This document shows positions 19,977 through 29,739 of a DNA stretch of 64,000 bases, piece after piece; position 1 is the first letter of the stretch, and each line of letters opens with the position of its first letter. Source of the DNA: Chloroflexota bacterium (GTDB taxonomy: Bacteria; Chloroflexota; Limnocylindria; Limnocylindrales; CSP1-4); contig JBBDRY010000110.1 in the NCBI GenBank assembly GCA_040905225.1, positions 26,395-90,394 on the forward strand, in the 5' to 3' direction. Below the pieces are notes generated by a model. The model saw nothing but the letters and a program-made list of their open reading frames with translations, was not told the origin of the DNA and searched no databases. The position numbers and the translations under genes were made by a program.

Positions 19977-21725
19977 CTAGCGGTACTCGCAGATCACGTC
20001 CACCAGCGCGGGACGGCCCTCGCGCAGTACGACGTCCGCCGCGCGCTCGACTGCGGCCTCCACCGCCTCGGGATCGACAATGGGTCCCTCCGACCACCAT
20101 CCGAACGCGCGTGCGAGCGCGGCGAAGTCGGGCGCCGGCTGGTCGAGCGCGATGCCCTCGCGGGCGCGCTCGGGCGGTGTCCCGCGCACGTTCGCCATTG
20201 TCAGTTGGTGGTTCCAGTCGTTGTAGTAGGCGCGGTTGTTGAACATCACCACGAGCAGCGGCAGCCGATGGGCGACCGCGGTCCACAGCGCGCCCGGGTG
20301 GTAGAGGAGATCTCCGTCGGGCTGGAGGTCCACCACGAGCCTGCCCGTCCCTCGGTGTGCCAGCGCCACGCCCAGTGAGACGCCGATCTGGGTCGCCGTG
20401 CCCAGGCTGGAGCCGGGGTGCCGGTATGGTCGGTCGAAGTCCCACAACCGGCGCGCCCAGCCGCCGGCATCGCCGGCGGTCAGGACCCAATCGTGGCGGC
20501 GAACGATGCTCCAAACCGCGGCGGCGAGGTGCGCCGTGGCCACCGGCGAGCGGCGGGAAGCCGCCGCCGCCTCGGCCGCCCAGCCCTCGCGTCTCCGGGC
20601 GTGCACATCGGCGATTTCGCGACGTCGCCGTTCTCGTTGCTCGGCGCGCGCCGGCTCCTCGTCCGCAACGGCGGCGCCGACCGCTTCGATGAGCATGGGC
20701 AGACAGACGCTCGTGTCGGCGACGACGCGCACCTGTGCCGGCCGAAGCGCGCCGTGGTCGATGACCCACGACGAGATTCCCATGTCGGCGAAGCCGATCT
20801 CCACGATCTGAGCGCCGTCGCGCAGCCGTGACCGAAGCCCGCGCTCCCCGACAACGTCCGGCGGCTGGTTGAGCGTCCTTCCGACATCCTTGCCGTCGAG
20901 CAGCAGCACGACGTCAGCCTCCTCGACGAGCTTCCCTTGGTCGCCGGTGCCGTTCAACCGGTGATGGCTCGGCATGGACAGCCGCGTGGCCGTGTCGATC
21001 ACGGCTGCCCCGAGCAGCTCGGCCAGGCGGGGGAGCTGCTCAAAGCAGGCCGGGTCGCGTCCGCAGAAGTCGGCCACCACGAGCGGGCGCTCGGCGGCTA
21101 CCAGTGCGTCCACGGCGCGCCTGAGCGCGTCCGGCTCTGGCGCGAGCCGCGAAGGGACGGCGTACAACGCCACATCCATAGGCTTGAAGCCCTGACCCAG
21201 TTCCTGCTCCTGGAGGTCGACGTCGAGCGCCACATAGACGGGTCCGGCGGGCTCGCTGACGGCAATGCGATGGGCGCGGATGAGCGACTCACCGATCGCG
21301 TCGACCGACGCCGGCTGGTCGTCCCACTTGACTAAGTCCCGGATGGCGTTCGCCTGCACGTTCGCCGTGTGGCGCCAGTCGATCTCCGGACGACGGCGCG
21401 CCGCGTCGACGGGCCCAGAGCCACCCAGGGCCAGCACCGGGACCCGATCGGTGCTCGCGTAGAACAGGGCCATGGCACCGTTCAGGAGACCGACCACGTC
21501 GTGCAGCACGACGGCCATCGGCCGGCCGCTCGCCTTGGCGTAGCCGTGCGCGAGCTGGACACAGATGTTTTCGTGGGCGCACAGCAGGTGCTCGGGTGCT
21601 CCCGGCGTGTTGACGAGTGAATCGTGCAGGCCGCGGAAGCTCGCGCCGGGGTTGAACGCGACGTACTCGACGCCTAGCTCCTGGAGCAGTTCGACCACCA
21701 CATCCGACCCGTACCGAAGCCCCAT
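19977..21725 (-). CDS. thiamine pyrophosphate-dependent enzyme (acetolactate synthase or benzoylformate decarboxylase family)
   Basis: TPP motif DGDLLY...NNRAY. Three-domain architecture. Start chosen at MGLRYGS. Confidence 0.75.
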   Translation of the reverse strand: MGLRYGSDVVVELLQELGVEYVAFNPGASFRGLHDSLVNTPGAPEHLLCAHENICVQLAHGYAKASGRPMAVVLHDVVGLLNGAMALFYASTDRVPVLALGGSGPVDAARRRPEIDWRHTANVQANAIRDLVKWDDQPASVDAIGESLIRAHRIAVSEPAGPVYVALDVDLQEQELGQGFKPMDVALYAVPSRLAPEPDALRRAVDALVAAERPLVVADFCGRDPACFEQLPRLAELLGAAVIDTATRLSMPSHHRLNGTGDQGKLVEEADVVLLLDGKDVGRTLNQPPDVVGERGLRSRLRDGAQIVEIGFADMGISSWVIDHGALRPAQVRVVADTSVCLPMLIEAVGAAVADEEPARAEQRERRRREIADVHARRREGWAAEAAAASRRSPVATAHLAAAVWSIVRRHDWVLTAGDAGGWARRLWDFDRPYRHPGSSLGTATQIGVSLGVALAHRGTGRLVVDLQPDGDLLYHPGALWTAVAHRLPLLVVMFNNRAYYNDWNHQLTMANVRGTPPERAREGIALDQPAPDFAALARAFGWWSEGPIVDPEAVEAAVERAADVVLREGRPALVDVICEYR

Positions 21726-21859
21726 TTTGCCCTCGTCACGATTGACCCCGGCCGCCGCGCGACCATAAGATACCGTTGCATACAATTACGCGGTTGACGC
21801 GGCGACCGGCTGCCGGCCGCGCCCGTTGGACCAGTTGACGCCCGGCTGGAGGAGCTCGC

Positions 21860-23356
21860 ATGGTCACCCAGACGCGTCCCGATCTCGCGGACCGGGTGCA
21901 GCCCTGGGCTGACACGCGGGAGTGGCTGGAGCGCGTCGAGGCCCGCGGGGAGCTGCGCGTCGTCCACGGCGTCGACTGGCAGGAGGGGATCGCCCAGGTC
22001 ACCGAGCTGCTCGACCACACCGACGGATCGCCGGCCGTGCTGTTCGACGACGTCCCGGGTTACGCGAGCGGCTACCGCGTGCTCGTCAACGCCAACGGAA
22101 CTCCGACACGGCAGGCAGTGACGCTCAACCTCCCTCCGTCGGCGGGCACGCACGACGGTCTGCGCAACTTCTGGCGCGGCGTCCTGGAGGATCTGCGCCC
22201 CATCCCGCCAGTCGAAGTCGAGACGGGGCCTGTAATGGAGAACATCATCGAGGGCGACGAAATCGACCTCGAGCGCTTCCCCGTTCCGATCTGGCACCCC
22301 AAGGACGGCGGGCGCTACATCGGCACCGCGAGCATGAACATGCTCCCCGATCCCGACTCCGACTGGGTCAACGTGGGCACGTACCGCAACCAGATCTTCA
22401 GCCGTGACACGATGGGCATCTACATCAGCCCCGGCAAGCACGGCAAGCTCATCCGCGAGAAATACTTCGAGCGCGGCCAGCCGTGTCCGGTGGTCGTCGT
22501 GGTCGGCGCTGATCCGCTCCTGTTCATGGCCGCCTGCGCGGAAGGCATCGCCTACGGCCAGAGCGAGCTCGGCTGGGCGGGTGGGGTTCGTGGCCGTCCG
22601 ATCGAGGTGGTGCGCGCGAAGCACACCGGGATCACGTTCCCGGCTAATTCCGAGATCGCGATCGAGGGCTGGATCGACCCGCACGAGCGGCACGCCGAAG
22701 GCCCGTACGGAGAATGGATGGGCTACTACGCGAGCGGCGAAGGGGAGACGCCGGTCATCCGCGTGAAGGCCATCTACCACCGTAATGACCCGATCCTGCT
22801 GGGCTGCCCGCAGGGCAAGCCGCCGCACGAGGACAACCGCTTCCTGGCCTACCTCAAGGCGGGGCTGATCGAGTCGCAGCTCAAGGCCGCCGGTGTCCCC
22901 AAGGTGACCGGCGTCTGGACGCCGCCCGTGGCGGGCAACCGCATGATGGTCGTCGTGGCGATCCAGCAGGCGTACCCGGGCCACGCCACGCAGGCGTTGC
23001 TGGTCGCCTCTCAGACCGGCACGTCGGCGTACGCCGGCCGAATCGCGGTCGTCGTGGACGAGGACATCGACATCTATTCGATGGACGACGTCATGTGGGC
23101 GATCATGACCCGCTGCGATCCGGTAAGAGACGTCCGCATCATCGACCGAGCCTGGAGCGGCCCGCTCGATCCGGCGATCCATCCCGACCACCGCGGCTTC
23201 AACTCGCGCCTTTTGATCGACGCCACGAAGCCGTGGGAGTGGAAGGACCGCTTTGCCGAACCTGTGGTCACGGCAGAGATGGCCGCCGAGCACCGCCGCC
23301 GCTGGGGCTGGATCCTCGATCCCAACGCGACCGATCCGCGCGTGCGGCCCGGCTAA
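21860..23356 (+). CDS. UbiD-family prFMN-dependent decarboxylase, copy 3 (divergent paralog)
   Basis: 498 aa, collinear with the other UbiD copies over its whole length. Immediately followed by cyclic amidohydrolase 23425..24846. Confidence 0.8.
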   Translation: MVTQTRPDLADRVQPWADTREWLERVEARGELRVVHGVDWQEGIAQVTELLDHTDGSPAVLFDDVPGYASGYRVLVNANGTPTRQAVTLNLPPSAGTHDGLRNFWRGVLEDLRPIPPVEVETGPVMENIIEGDEIDLERFPVPIWHPKDGGRYIGTASMNMLPDPDSDWVNVGTYRNQIFSRDTMGIYISPGKHGKLIREKYFERGQPCPVVVVVGADPLLFMAACAEGIAYGQSELGWAGGVRGRPIEVVRAKHTGITFPANSEIAIEGWIDPHERHAEGPYGEWMGYYASGEGETPVIRVKAIYHRNDPILLGCPQGKPPHEDNRFLAYLKAGLIESQLKAAGVPKVTGVWTPPVAGNRMMVVVAIQQAYPGHATQALLVASQTGTSAYAGRIAVVVDEDIDIYSMDDVMWAIMTRCDPVRDVRIIDRAWSGPLDPAIHPDHRGFNSRLLIDATKPWEWKDRFAEPVVTAEMAAEHRRRWGWILDPNATDPRVRPG

Positions 23357-23424
23357 CCCGCACGACGCGGCACCGGCCGCGACATGAAGCTGATGGAACC
23401 AGAACTGAGTCCGAAGGAGGAACC

Positions 23425-24846
23425 GTGTCCGACAAGGTCGATCTGATAGTCAAGAACGGTACCGTTGTCACGAGCGACGCCACCATGCAGGCGGACATCG
23501 CAATCGACGACGGCAAGTTCGTGGCCATCGCCCCGAGCGGCGGGCTGGGCCTCGACGCGGACGAGGTCTACGACGCGGCCGGCCAGCACGTGCTGCCCGG
23601 GGTGATCGACGGACACGTCCACTTCCGCGAGCCGGGCCTCGAGTACAAGGAGGATTGGCGCACGGGCTCGACTGCGGCCGTCTTCGGCGGCGTTACGACC
23701 GTTGTCGAGATGCCCAACACCAAGCCCAAGACTGACACCGTCGAGAACGTGGAGCTGAAGCGCCGCCTCGCCGAGGAGAAGTCCTACGTGGACTTCGGGA
23801 TCATCGGCCTGCTCGTGCAGGACAGCGTTCCGCAGCTCCGGCCGATGGCCGAGGCCGGCGTGGTCGGCTTCAAGTGCTTCCTGGGCGAGACGATCGGCAA
23901 TATCCCGGCGCCCGACGACGGAATGATGCTCGACGGCCTGCGCGAGATCGCCGCAACCGGGCTGCGCATCGGCTTCCACGCCGAGAACAACGAGATCATG
24001 CAGCACCTCATCCGCCAGATGAAGGAGGCGGGCCGCAGTGATCCGCAGGCGCACGTCGACTCGCGACCGGCGCTCGCGGAGGTCGAGTCCATCCAGCGGA
24101 TGGGCCTCTACGCGAAGCACACCGGCACCAAGATCCACATCTTCCACCTCTCGTCGCGCGAGGGGCTCGACATGATCGACGAGTGGCGCGCCAAGGGCGT
24201 CGACATCACCTGCGAGACCGGTGCCCACTACGTCTTCCTGAAGGCCGAGGACATGGACCACCTGGGCGTGCGGCTGCGCATGAACCCGCCGGTCCGCTAC
24301 GGCTCGGAGGGCCACGGCGACTACCTGCTCGAGGGCCTCAAGGACGGCCGCGTCAACGCCATCGCGACCGACCACTCGCCACACACCGCCGAGGAGAAGC
24401 TCACCGACAACATCTGGACGGCCATCAGCGGCTTCCCTGGTGTCGAGACCTCGGTGCGCTTCTTCCTGACCTTCGGCGTCAACGCCGGTCGAATGACGCT
24501 TCAGCAGTTCGTTCGGGCCTCGTCCGAGGGTCCCGCCAAGATGTGGGACATGTACCCGCAGAAGGGCTGCATCGCACTCGGATCGGACGGCGACCTGACC
24601 ATCGTCGACCTGGCACAGGAGGGGGTCATCCACGAGGACGAGCTCCACTCCAAGAACCACGTCACGCCGTTCGACGGCACGGCGACCAAGGGCGCGCCGG
24701 TGGCGACCATCGTGCGCGGCCAGATCATCATGCGCGACGGCCAGCTCGTGGGTTCACCGGCGGGACGAATGGTTCGTCCGAACCTGAGCGGCGAGAATCG
24801 CGGGGCGGGCGTGCGCGAGCTCGTCGGCGCGGGCTCGGCCGGCTGA
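23425..24846 (+). CDS. dihydroorotase-like cyclic amidohydrolase (DHOase/dihydropyrimidinase/allantoinase family), copy 1
   Basis: VIDGHVHFREPGLEYKEDWRTGS...GGVTTVVEMPNTKP is very close to type-I PyrC. GTG start with a GGAGG RBS at ~23413. Confidence 0.8.
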   Translation: MSDKVDLIVKNGTVVTSDATMQADIAIDDGKFVAIAPSGGLGLDADEVYDAAGQHVLPGVIDGHVHFREPGLEYKEDWRTGSTAAVFGGVTTVVEMPNTKPKTDTVENVELKRRLAEEKSYVDFGIIGLLVQDSVPQLRPMAEAGVVGFKCFLGETIGNIPAPDDGMMLDGLREIAATGLRIGFHAENNEIMQHLIRQMKEAGRSDPQAHVDSRPALAEVESIQRMGLYAKHTGTKIHIFHLSSREGLDMIDEWRAKGVDITCETGAHYVFLKAEDMDHLGVRLRMNPPVRYGSEGHGDYLLEGLKDGRVNAIATDHSPHTAEEKLTDNIWTAISGFPGVETSVRFFLTFGVNAGRMTLQQFVRASSEGPAKMWDMYPQKGCIALGSDGDLTIVDLAQEGVIHEDELHSKNHVTPFDGTATKGAPVATIVRGQIIMRDGQLVGSPAGRMVRPNLSGENRGAGVRELVGAGSAG

Positions 24847-24857
24847 CCCGCGCCCGG

Positions 24858-24876
24858 GGCCACGAACCTGGTGGCC
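24858..24876. terminator. GC hairpin after amidohydrolase stop (GGCCAC-N7-GTGGCC)
   Basis: Inverted repeat 12 nt after the stop at 24846. No T-tract, as is usual in high-GC genomes. Confidence 0.25.
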
Positions 24877-24993
24877 TCACGCTCGCGCCAGCGTCACGCA
24901 CCTTGGTTCAGGCCCTGTCGCGGCGCTCCGACCCGCGTAACGTCGGCCAAATAGACATCTGACAGAAAGTTGGACAGTGGTGGGAGGCGCGGC

Positions 24994-25895
24994 TCAGCAG
25001 GCAGCGAAGCGGTTCGGATCACGTTCGCCGCTGGGTGACCACCTGGCGAACGAGTACGACGTCGACGGCGTGGTCCCCACTTCGCGGACCTGTTCGACGA
25101 GCTCCTCGAAGTCTGTCCCGTCGAGCGTAAACAGGAAGTTTCTATTCCCGTACGCACGCCGGATCAGCTCAGGCCCGATGACACGGACCACCTGGCCGAT
25201 CTCGCGGTACACGGTGACCATGTCCTGAGGGGCGTAGTAGACGAACCCGAGGATCGGGGACTGGTTCATTGGGTAGGGACGCTCCCGGTCCTCATAGTCG
25301 AGAAACCAAAGGTGGTCGTGCGCCGGGATCTTGGCGCGTACTTCCTCAAGGTCACTCGGGGCGTGTCCCATTTGGACCTCAACGAACCCAGCCTCGCGCG
25401 AAACCGGCTCGCCCTTGAGTAGCTCGTCGATCGCGACCTTTGCGTACGCCAACGGGCCTCGCGGTGACCCACTCCAGTATTCGCCGACATAGAGATCCGC
25501 GATCGGACCGCGAATCACCAGATCGGCGTCACTGACGAGTTCGGCGATGGAAGACGGAAGCGGATCGATCCCGAACCAGCAATCGCTGATCCAGTTGGCC
25601 CAGAAGCGGTCGGAGGCCGCAAGCCCGGGTTGAAACGACGGCGAGGGCAATGGCGACGCTCCGACCGGCGACGTGGGACGTGCAGTTGTGCGCTCGGTTG
25701 GCGTCGGCGAAGGGATCGCGAAATGAGTCGGCGTCGGAATGCTCGGTGGCTCGACCGATGTGCTGGGTTCCGGCGAAACCTCGATGGCGCGGGCGATAGT
25801 TCCGCCGGAGCGGCAGTTTGGAGCACAGCGGGGCGCGAGCAGCCGATGACCAGCGACACAAGGAGAGCGGTCGCAACGACGCCACGGTCTCGCAC
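24994..25895 (-). pseudogene. putative lipoprotein split by a frameshift (probable assembly error)
   Basis: ORF 25515..25895 begins MRDRGVVATALLVSLVIGC, a lipobox signal. It runs into ORF 24994..25650 in another frame through a Pro/Thr/Ser-rich linker (EVSPEPSTSVEPPSIPTPT). Confidence 0.4.
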
Positions 25896-25927
25896 TGCTT
25901 ACTTCGGCTTGGAGTTAGCGGTGGTAG

Positions 25928-26977
25928 TCAAATCCGCTCGAGCAGGATGTCCAGGCGGCGACGAAGGTTGTGCGCGCTGTTCGTGTCACCCTCTGCCAGC
26001 GCCGTGTACTCCAGATATGACGGATCGGCGTCGCGCGGTGTGGCGAGGGCCGCATGGCGCGCGACCTCGAAACGCGCGAGCGCTTCGCGCAACGCGGTTG
26101 GGGATAGATCGGCGCGTTCGCGTCGAGCACGCTTGATGGCGAGGTAGACGAGCGGCGCGCCCGCTGCGCGTGTCAACAACGGGTCACGGCCCTGGAACGT
26201 GCGCGCCATCAGCGAGAGCGGGACGAGCGCCCATTCCTTGAGTCGTTCGCGATCGTCGTGCCCCAGCGCGCGGTGCTCACGGACGAAGCGGTCCAGCTGA
26301 CCGGCGTGCAGGTCCGGCACGGCATTGCGGTCGTCGCGCTGCGCGCTCTCGAGTACAAGAAACTTCGTCGCCTGGTCGAAATGCTGGTGGCGCTCGTTCC
26401 CGTACGGCAGGCGGTCGGTGAAGAACGGATGGCGCGCCAGTTCGCGCGCGAGCTGGACCACCGAGCCGCCGATCGCGTTGCGCTTCTCGGCCGCGTTGAG
26501 CGGCTCCCCGTTGTTGAGCCGCGAGAAGAGTTCTTCGATGTCGTCTGGCGTGGCGTTCTGGATGAGGACGACGGAGAGGTAGGTGCCGGTCAGGACGCGC
26601 TGCCAGGCCGGATCCAGCTCCGAGAAGCGCTGGCCAGGACCCGGCGGCGCCGCGTCGCGCGCCTCGTCGGGAATATTCGCTTCGATGGTGGTGTAGTCGG
26701 GCGCGAGCGCCAGCTCGTCGCGCATGAAGCGCCAGATCGTGGTCAGCCGCTGCTTGCCGTCGACGATCGCGTAGACGCTGGTCGGGTGGCGGCCGCGCAG
26801 GTCGTGCAGATACATCTTCGGCACGTCATAGCCGTTGAGCAGCGAGTCGATGAAGAGCTGTTGCTGCTCGACAGACCAGACCTGCCCCTCGCGCTGGTAG
26901 GGCGCATTCTCGTCGATCGAGCTGCGCCACGCGAGCGCCTTGCCGACGGTGAAGTCGCGGGCGGCTACGCAGCGCAT
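25928..26977 (-). CDS. DUF262 (ParB/GmrSD N-terminal nuclease-like) domain protein, standalone
   Basis: QREGQVWSVEQQQLFIDSLLNGYDVP and IVDGKQRLTTI are the DUF262 (D)GQQR signature. 349 aa with no recognisable DUF1524/HNH C-terminal domain. Confidence 0.7.
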   Translation of the reverse strand: MRCVAARDFTVGKALAWRSSIDENAPYQREGQVWSVEQQQLFIDSLLNGYDVPKMYLHDLRGRHPTSVYAIVDGKQRLTTIWRFMRDELALAPDYTTIEANIPDEARDAAPPGPGQRFSELDPAWQRVLTGTYLSVVLIQNATPDDIEELFSRLNNGEPLNAAEKRNAIGGSVVQLARELARHPFFTDRLPYGNERHQHFDQATKFLVLESAQRDDRNAVPDLHAGQLDRFVREHRALGHDDRERLKEWALVPLSLMARTFQGRDPLLTRAAGAPLVYLAIKRARRERADLSPTALREALARFEVARHAALATPRDADPSYLEYTALAEGDTNSAHNLRRRLDILLERI

Positions 26978-27019
26978 CGGCGCGCCACAGTTTGGCCGCC
27001 CAGCTGCAGGGCCGTCACG

Positions 27020-28135
27020 TCACGGGCGGGCGATCGCCGTCTCGCGGTGCTCGACTTTCGCGAAGCCCTTCCAGAGCGGCTCGTAGAAGTAGCGTATGCC
27101 GAACTCGATGCGCAGGGTGCGCGTGCGCGAGTCCGACGGGTTGAAGTGCTCGTGGCGCGTCATTTTCGGTGGTACGTGGACGGCGTCGCCGGCCTCCCAG
27201 TCGTAGTGCTCGTAGTCGATCTCCGAGAAGCCGACGCCCTCCAGCACGTAGAGCACGGCCTCCGTGTGGGAGTGGCAATGCGATGAGGTGTGCGGCACCT
27301 CCTCGAAGATGTTGGTCATCGCCACCGACACCGCCTGGAAGCCGTTGCGCTCGTCGGACGGACTCTCCCCGCCGCCCATCAGGATGTAGATCGCACCGTG
27401 GCGGTGTGGGTTTTCGGATGGCTTGTGTTCGCCGCCGCCGTGGCCGCCGTGCCCGCCACCATGGCCGTTCCCGCCGTGCTCATGCCCGTGGCCGTCGCCT
27501 CGCGCTGCCGCCGCGGCCTCGCGCTCTTTGCGCGCCTCCTCGCGTCGCTTCTGCTCGTCCGGCGCATCCTCGAGATGCAGCGCGATGCGTCGACCCTCCG
27601 CGTCGAACTGGCCGTCCTCGGCGGGAAAGGCGGACACTAAGCCCGGCGCATTGGCACCTTTGGGCTCCAGTTGCTCCAGCCTGCCCAGCTTCGCGAACAG
27701 GTCCAGATCCATCGCCGACGCGGTCACGTATTCGACCTCGTCCGAGCCCGTGTTGAAGAGCTGATGCTCGGACGCCCAGGGGACGTGGATGGTCGTCCCG
27801 GGCCGGAACTCGTACCGGCGCCCATCCACGACGATGAAGCCGGTCCCGGCCAGGACGTGGATCGCCTCCTCGCCGTGCCTGTGTCTGCCGCTGTGGTGAT
27901 CAGCTGGGATGCGCACCTTGCACAGGTTCGTGCCCTGGGTCGGAAACCCCGCCTGTGCGCCGATCAGCATGCCGATGGCGTAGTCGTTGACAGTCTCCGT
28001 CCAGGGCATCTCCCGCGCGCGCGCCACGACGGGCGAGCGGTTGACGTCGATCTCGTTGCGCTCGCTCTGCTCGAGCCAGCCGGCATAGAAGTCCGCCGGC
28101 TCGAGGCGCTCGATGGTGCGCCATTTGTCGCTCAT
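27020..28135 (-). CDS. bicupin protein with an internal His/Gly-rich metal-binding insert
   Basis: Two cupin motifs (HRHGEEAIHVLAGTG and HCHSHTEAVLYVLEGVG) separated by GDGHGHEHGGNGHGGGHGGHGGGEHKPSENPHRH. Confidence 0.7.
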   Translation of the reverse strand: MSDKWRTIERLEPADFYAGWLEQSERNEIDVNRSPVVARAREMPWTETVNDYAIGMLIGAQAGFPTQGTNLCKVRIPADHHSGRHRHGEEAIHVLAGTGFIVVDGRRYEFRPGTTIHVPWASEHQLFNTGSDEVEYVTASAMDLDLFAKLGRLEQLEPKGANAPGLVSAFPAEDGQFDAEGRRIALHLEDAPDEQKRREEARKEREAAAAARGDGHGHEHGGNGHGGGHGGHGGGEHKPSENPHRHGAIYILMGGGESPSDERNGFQAVSVAMTNIFEEVPHTSSHCHSHTEAVLYVLEGVGFSEIDYEHYDWEAGDAVHVPPKMTRHEHFNPSDSRTRTLRIEFGIRYFYEPLWKGFAKVEHRETAIARP

Positions 28136-28228
28136 GGGTTCCTCATGCGAGGGCGAGCGAGGGTCGCCGGCGGAGGAGGAAGCCGGCGACCCCTGCCCGC
28201 ATGGGCCGAACGTTCTGTCGGGGGACGA

Positions 28229-29731
28229 TCAGGACTGACTGGAGAACGACGTTCCCGGTTCGAGCGGCTTTACGACGCTCGCCGGATCGACGGTCTCCAC
28301 GATGTCCTTGGGCACCTCGCACTTGGGTGGGAAGGTGGCTGGAGGAGCGGGCTTGGTGCAGTCGAGGATCATCTTCGTCTCCATCGGCCCCTTCTCCTCG
28401 CGGTGGTAGCCGTAGGTGACCGGGTTGAGGTGCCCGCCCAGGAAGTTCGGCATCACGATCAGGTCCCGATCGGCCTGGAAGCGGGTCGTCATCGCCCACA
28501 GCACCTGGTCGTTATCGAAGACGTCGATGTCATCGTCGACGATCCAGATGTGCTTGAGGATGGGGTCGACGGCGAACGCCGCCGATGCCGCGATCTTGGG
28601 CTCCCCGTCGACGCGCTTCTTCATGGCGATGAAGAGCGAGGAGCGGATCCCCATGAGTGGCAGGTTGACGGCCGTTACTGTCGGCATCGATTCGCGGACG
28701 CGCCGGTAGATGGAACCCATCCGCGGCAGGGCGCCAAGAACCAGGTGCTCGTCATGCGCGTTGAAGACGTCGACGTAGATGGGATTGCGCCGCATCGTCA
28801 CGGCCGTGATACGCATCCACGGCATCGGGCCGATCCGCGTGTAGTAGAGCGGGTACTCGCCGAATGGTCCCTCGTTCTGAACCTTCTCCGGGTCGGTGTC
28901 GACGACGCCTTCGATGATGATCTCGGCCCGCGCTGGGACGAACATGTCGACGGTCTTGGCCTTGACGACCTCGAGCGGCTCGTTGAGCAAACCGCCCATC
29001 ACCTCCAGCTCGCCGCCGATGCCGGCCAGCTTGGAGACTGCGCCCATCAACATCGCCGGGTGGTGGCCGATCGCGAGCGCGACCTGGAGCGGCTCCTTTC
29101 GCTCGCGGCGGGCACGGAGGATGTACGAGGTGTGGTGTGCCGGGTTGGACATGAAGCCGATCTGGCGCGGGCCCTGGAGCTGATGGCGGAAGATGCCGGC
29201 GTTTTCCCGGCCGGAGTCGGGATCGACCGTGATGGCGGCCGCCGAGGTGATGTACTTGCCGGAGTCGAACTCCTGGTGGATCAGCAGCGGCAGCTGGGTT
29301 ATGTCGATCTCGTCGCCCGTCTGGACGACTTCATGGACGGGGGCCTCCTCGGAGGTGACCTCCTTCCACGGGAGCGGCGAACCCTCACGCTTGCCGTACT
29401 CCGGGACCATCCCCTTGATGTCCGAGTCGATCGACAGGGCTACCCTCTCGAACGTCCCGTGCAGGTTGAGGATCAGCGGGATCTTCGAGCCCTTGATGTT
29501 GCGGAACAGCACGGCCGGGTAGCCCGGAAAGTTCGCGTCGTTCTTCATCTTGTGGACGATGGCCGCGGCCTCGAATACCGGGTCAACCTCCTCGTCCACG
29601 ACCTTGAGCTGATCGGGATAGGTGCTGACCAGCTGGTCGAGGAAGGTGCGCAGGTCCTTCCCGTGGCTCGCTGGTGTGCCGCTTGCCGGTTGCGCGGCGG
29701 TGGTTTCGCTGGGCGTGAGCGTGGTGGCCAT
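28229..29731 (-). CDS. UbiD-family prFMN-dependent decarboxylase, copy 2 (intact)
   Basis: 501 aa from MATTLTPSE. The 850-aa ORF in the track extends out of frame into the DMT gene. Lies 8 nt downstream of the DMT transporter gene. Confidence 0.85.
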   Translation of the reverse strand: MATTLTPSETTAAQPASGTPASHGKDLRTFLDQLVSTYPDQLKVVDEEVDPVFEAAAIVHKMKNDANFPGYPAVLFRNIKGSKIPLILNLHGTFERVALSIDSDIKGMVPEYGKREGSPLPWKEVTSEEAPVHEVVQTGDEIDITQLPLLIHQEFDSGKYITSAAAITVDPDSGRENAGIFRHQLQGPRQIGFMSNPAHHTSYILRARRERKEPLQVALAIGHHPAMLMGAVSKLAGIGGELEVMGGLLNEPLEVVKAKTVDMFVPARAEIIIEGVVDTDPEKVQNEGPFGEYPLYYTRIGPMPWMRITAVTMRRNPIYVDVFNAHDEHLVLGALPRMGSIYRRVRESMPTVTAVNLPLMGIRSSLFIAMKKRVDGEPKIAASAAFAVDPILKHIWIVDDDIDVFDNDQVLWAMTTRFQADRDLIVMPNFLGGHLNPVTYGYHREEKGPMETKMILDCTKPAPPATFPPKCEVPKDIVETVDPASVVKPLEPGTSFSSQS

Positions 29732-29739
29732 GGAACCTC

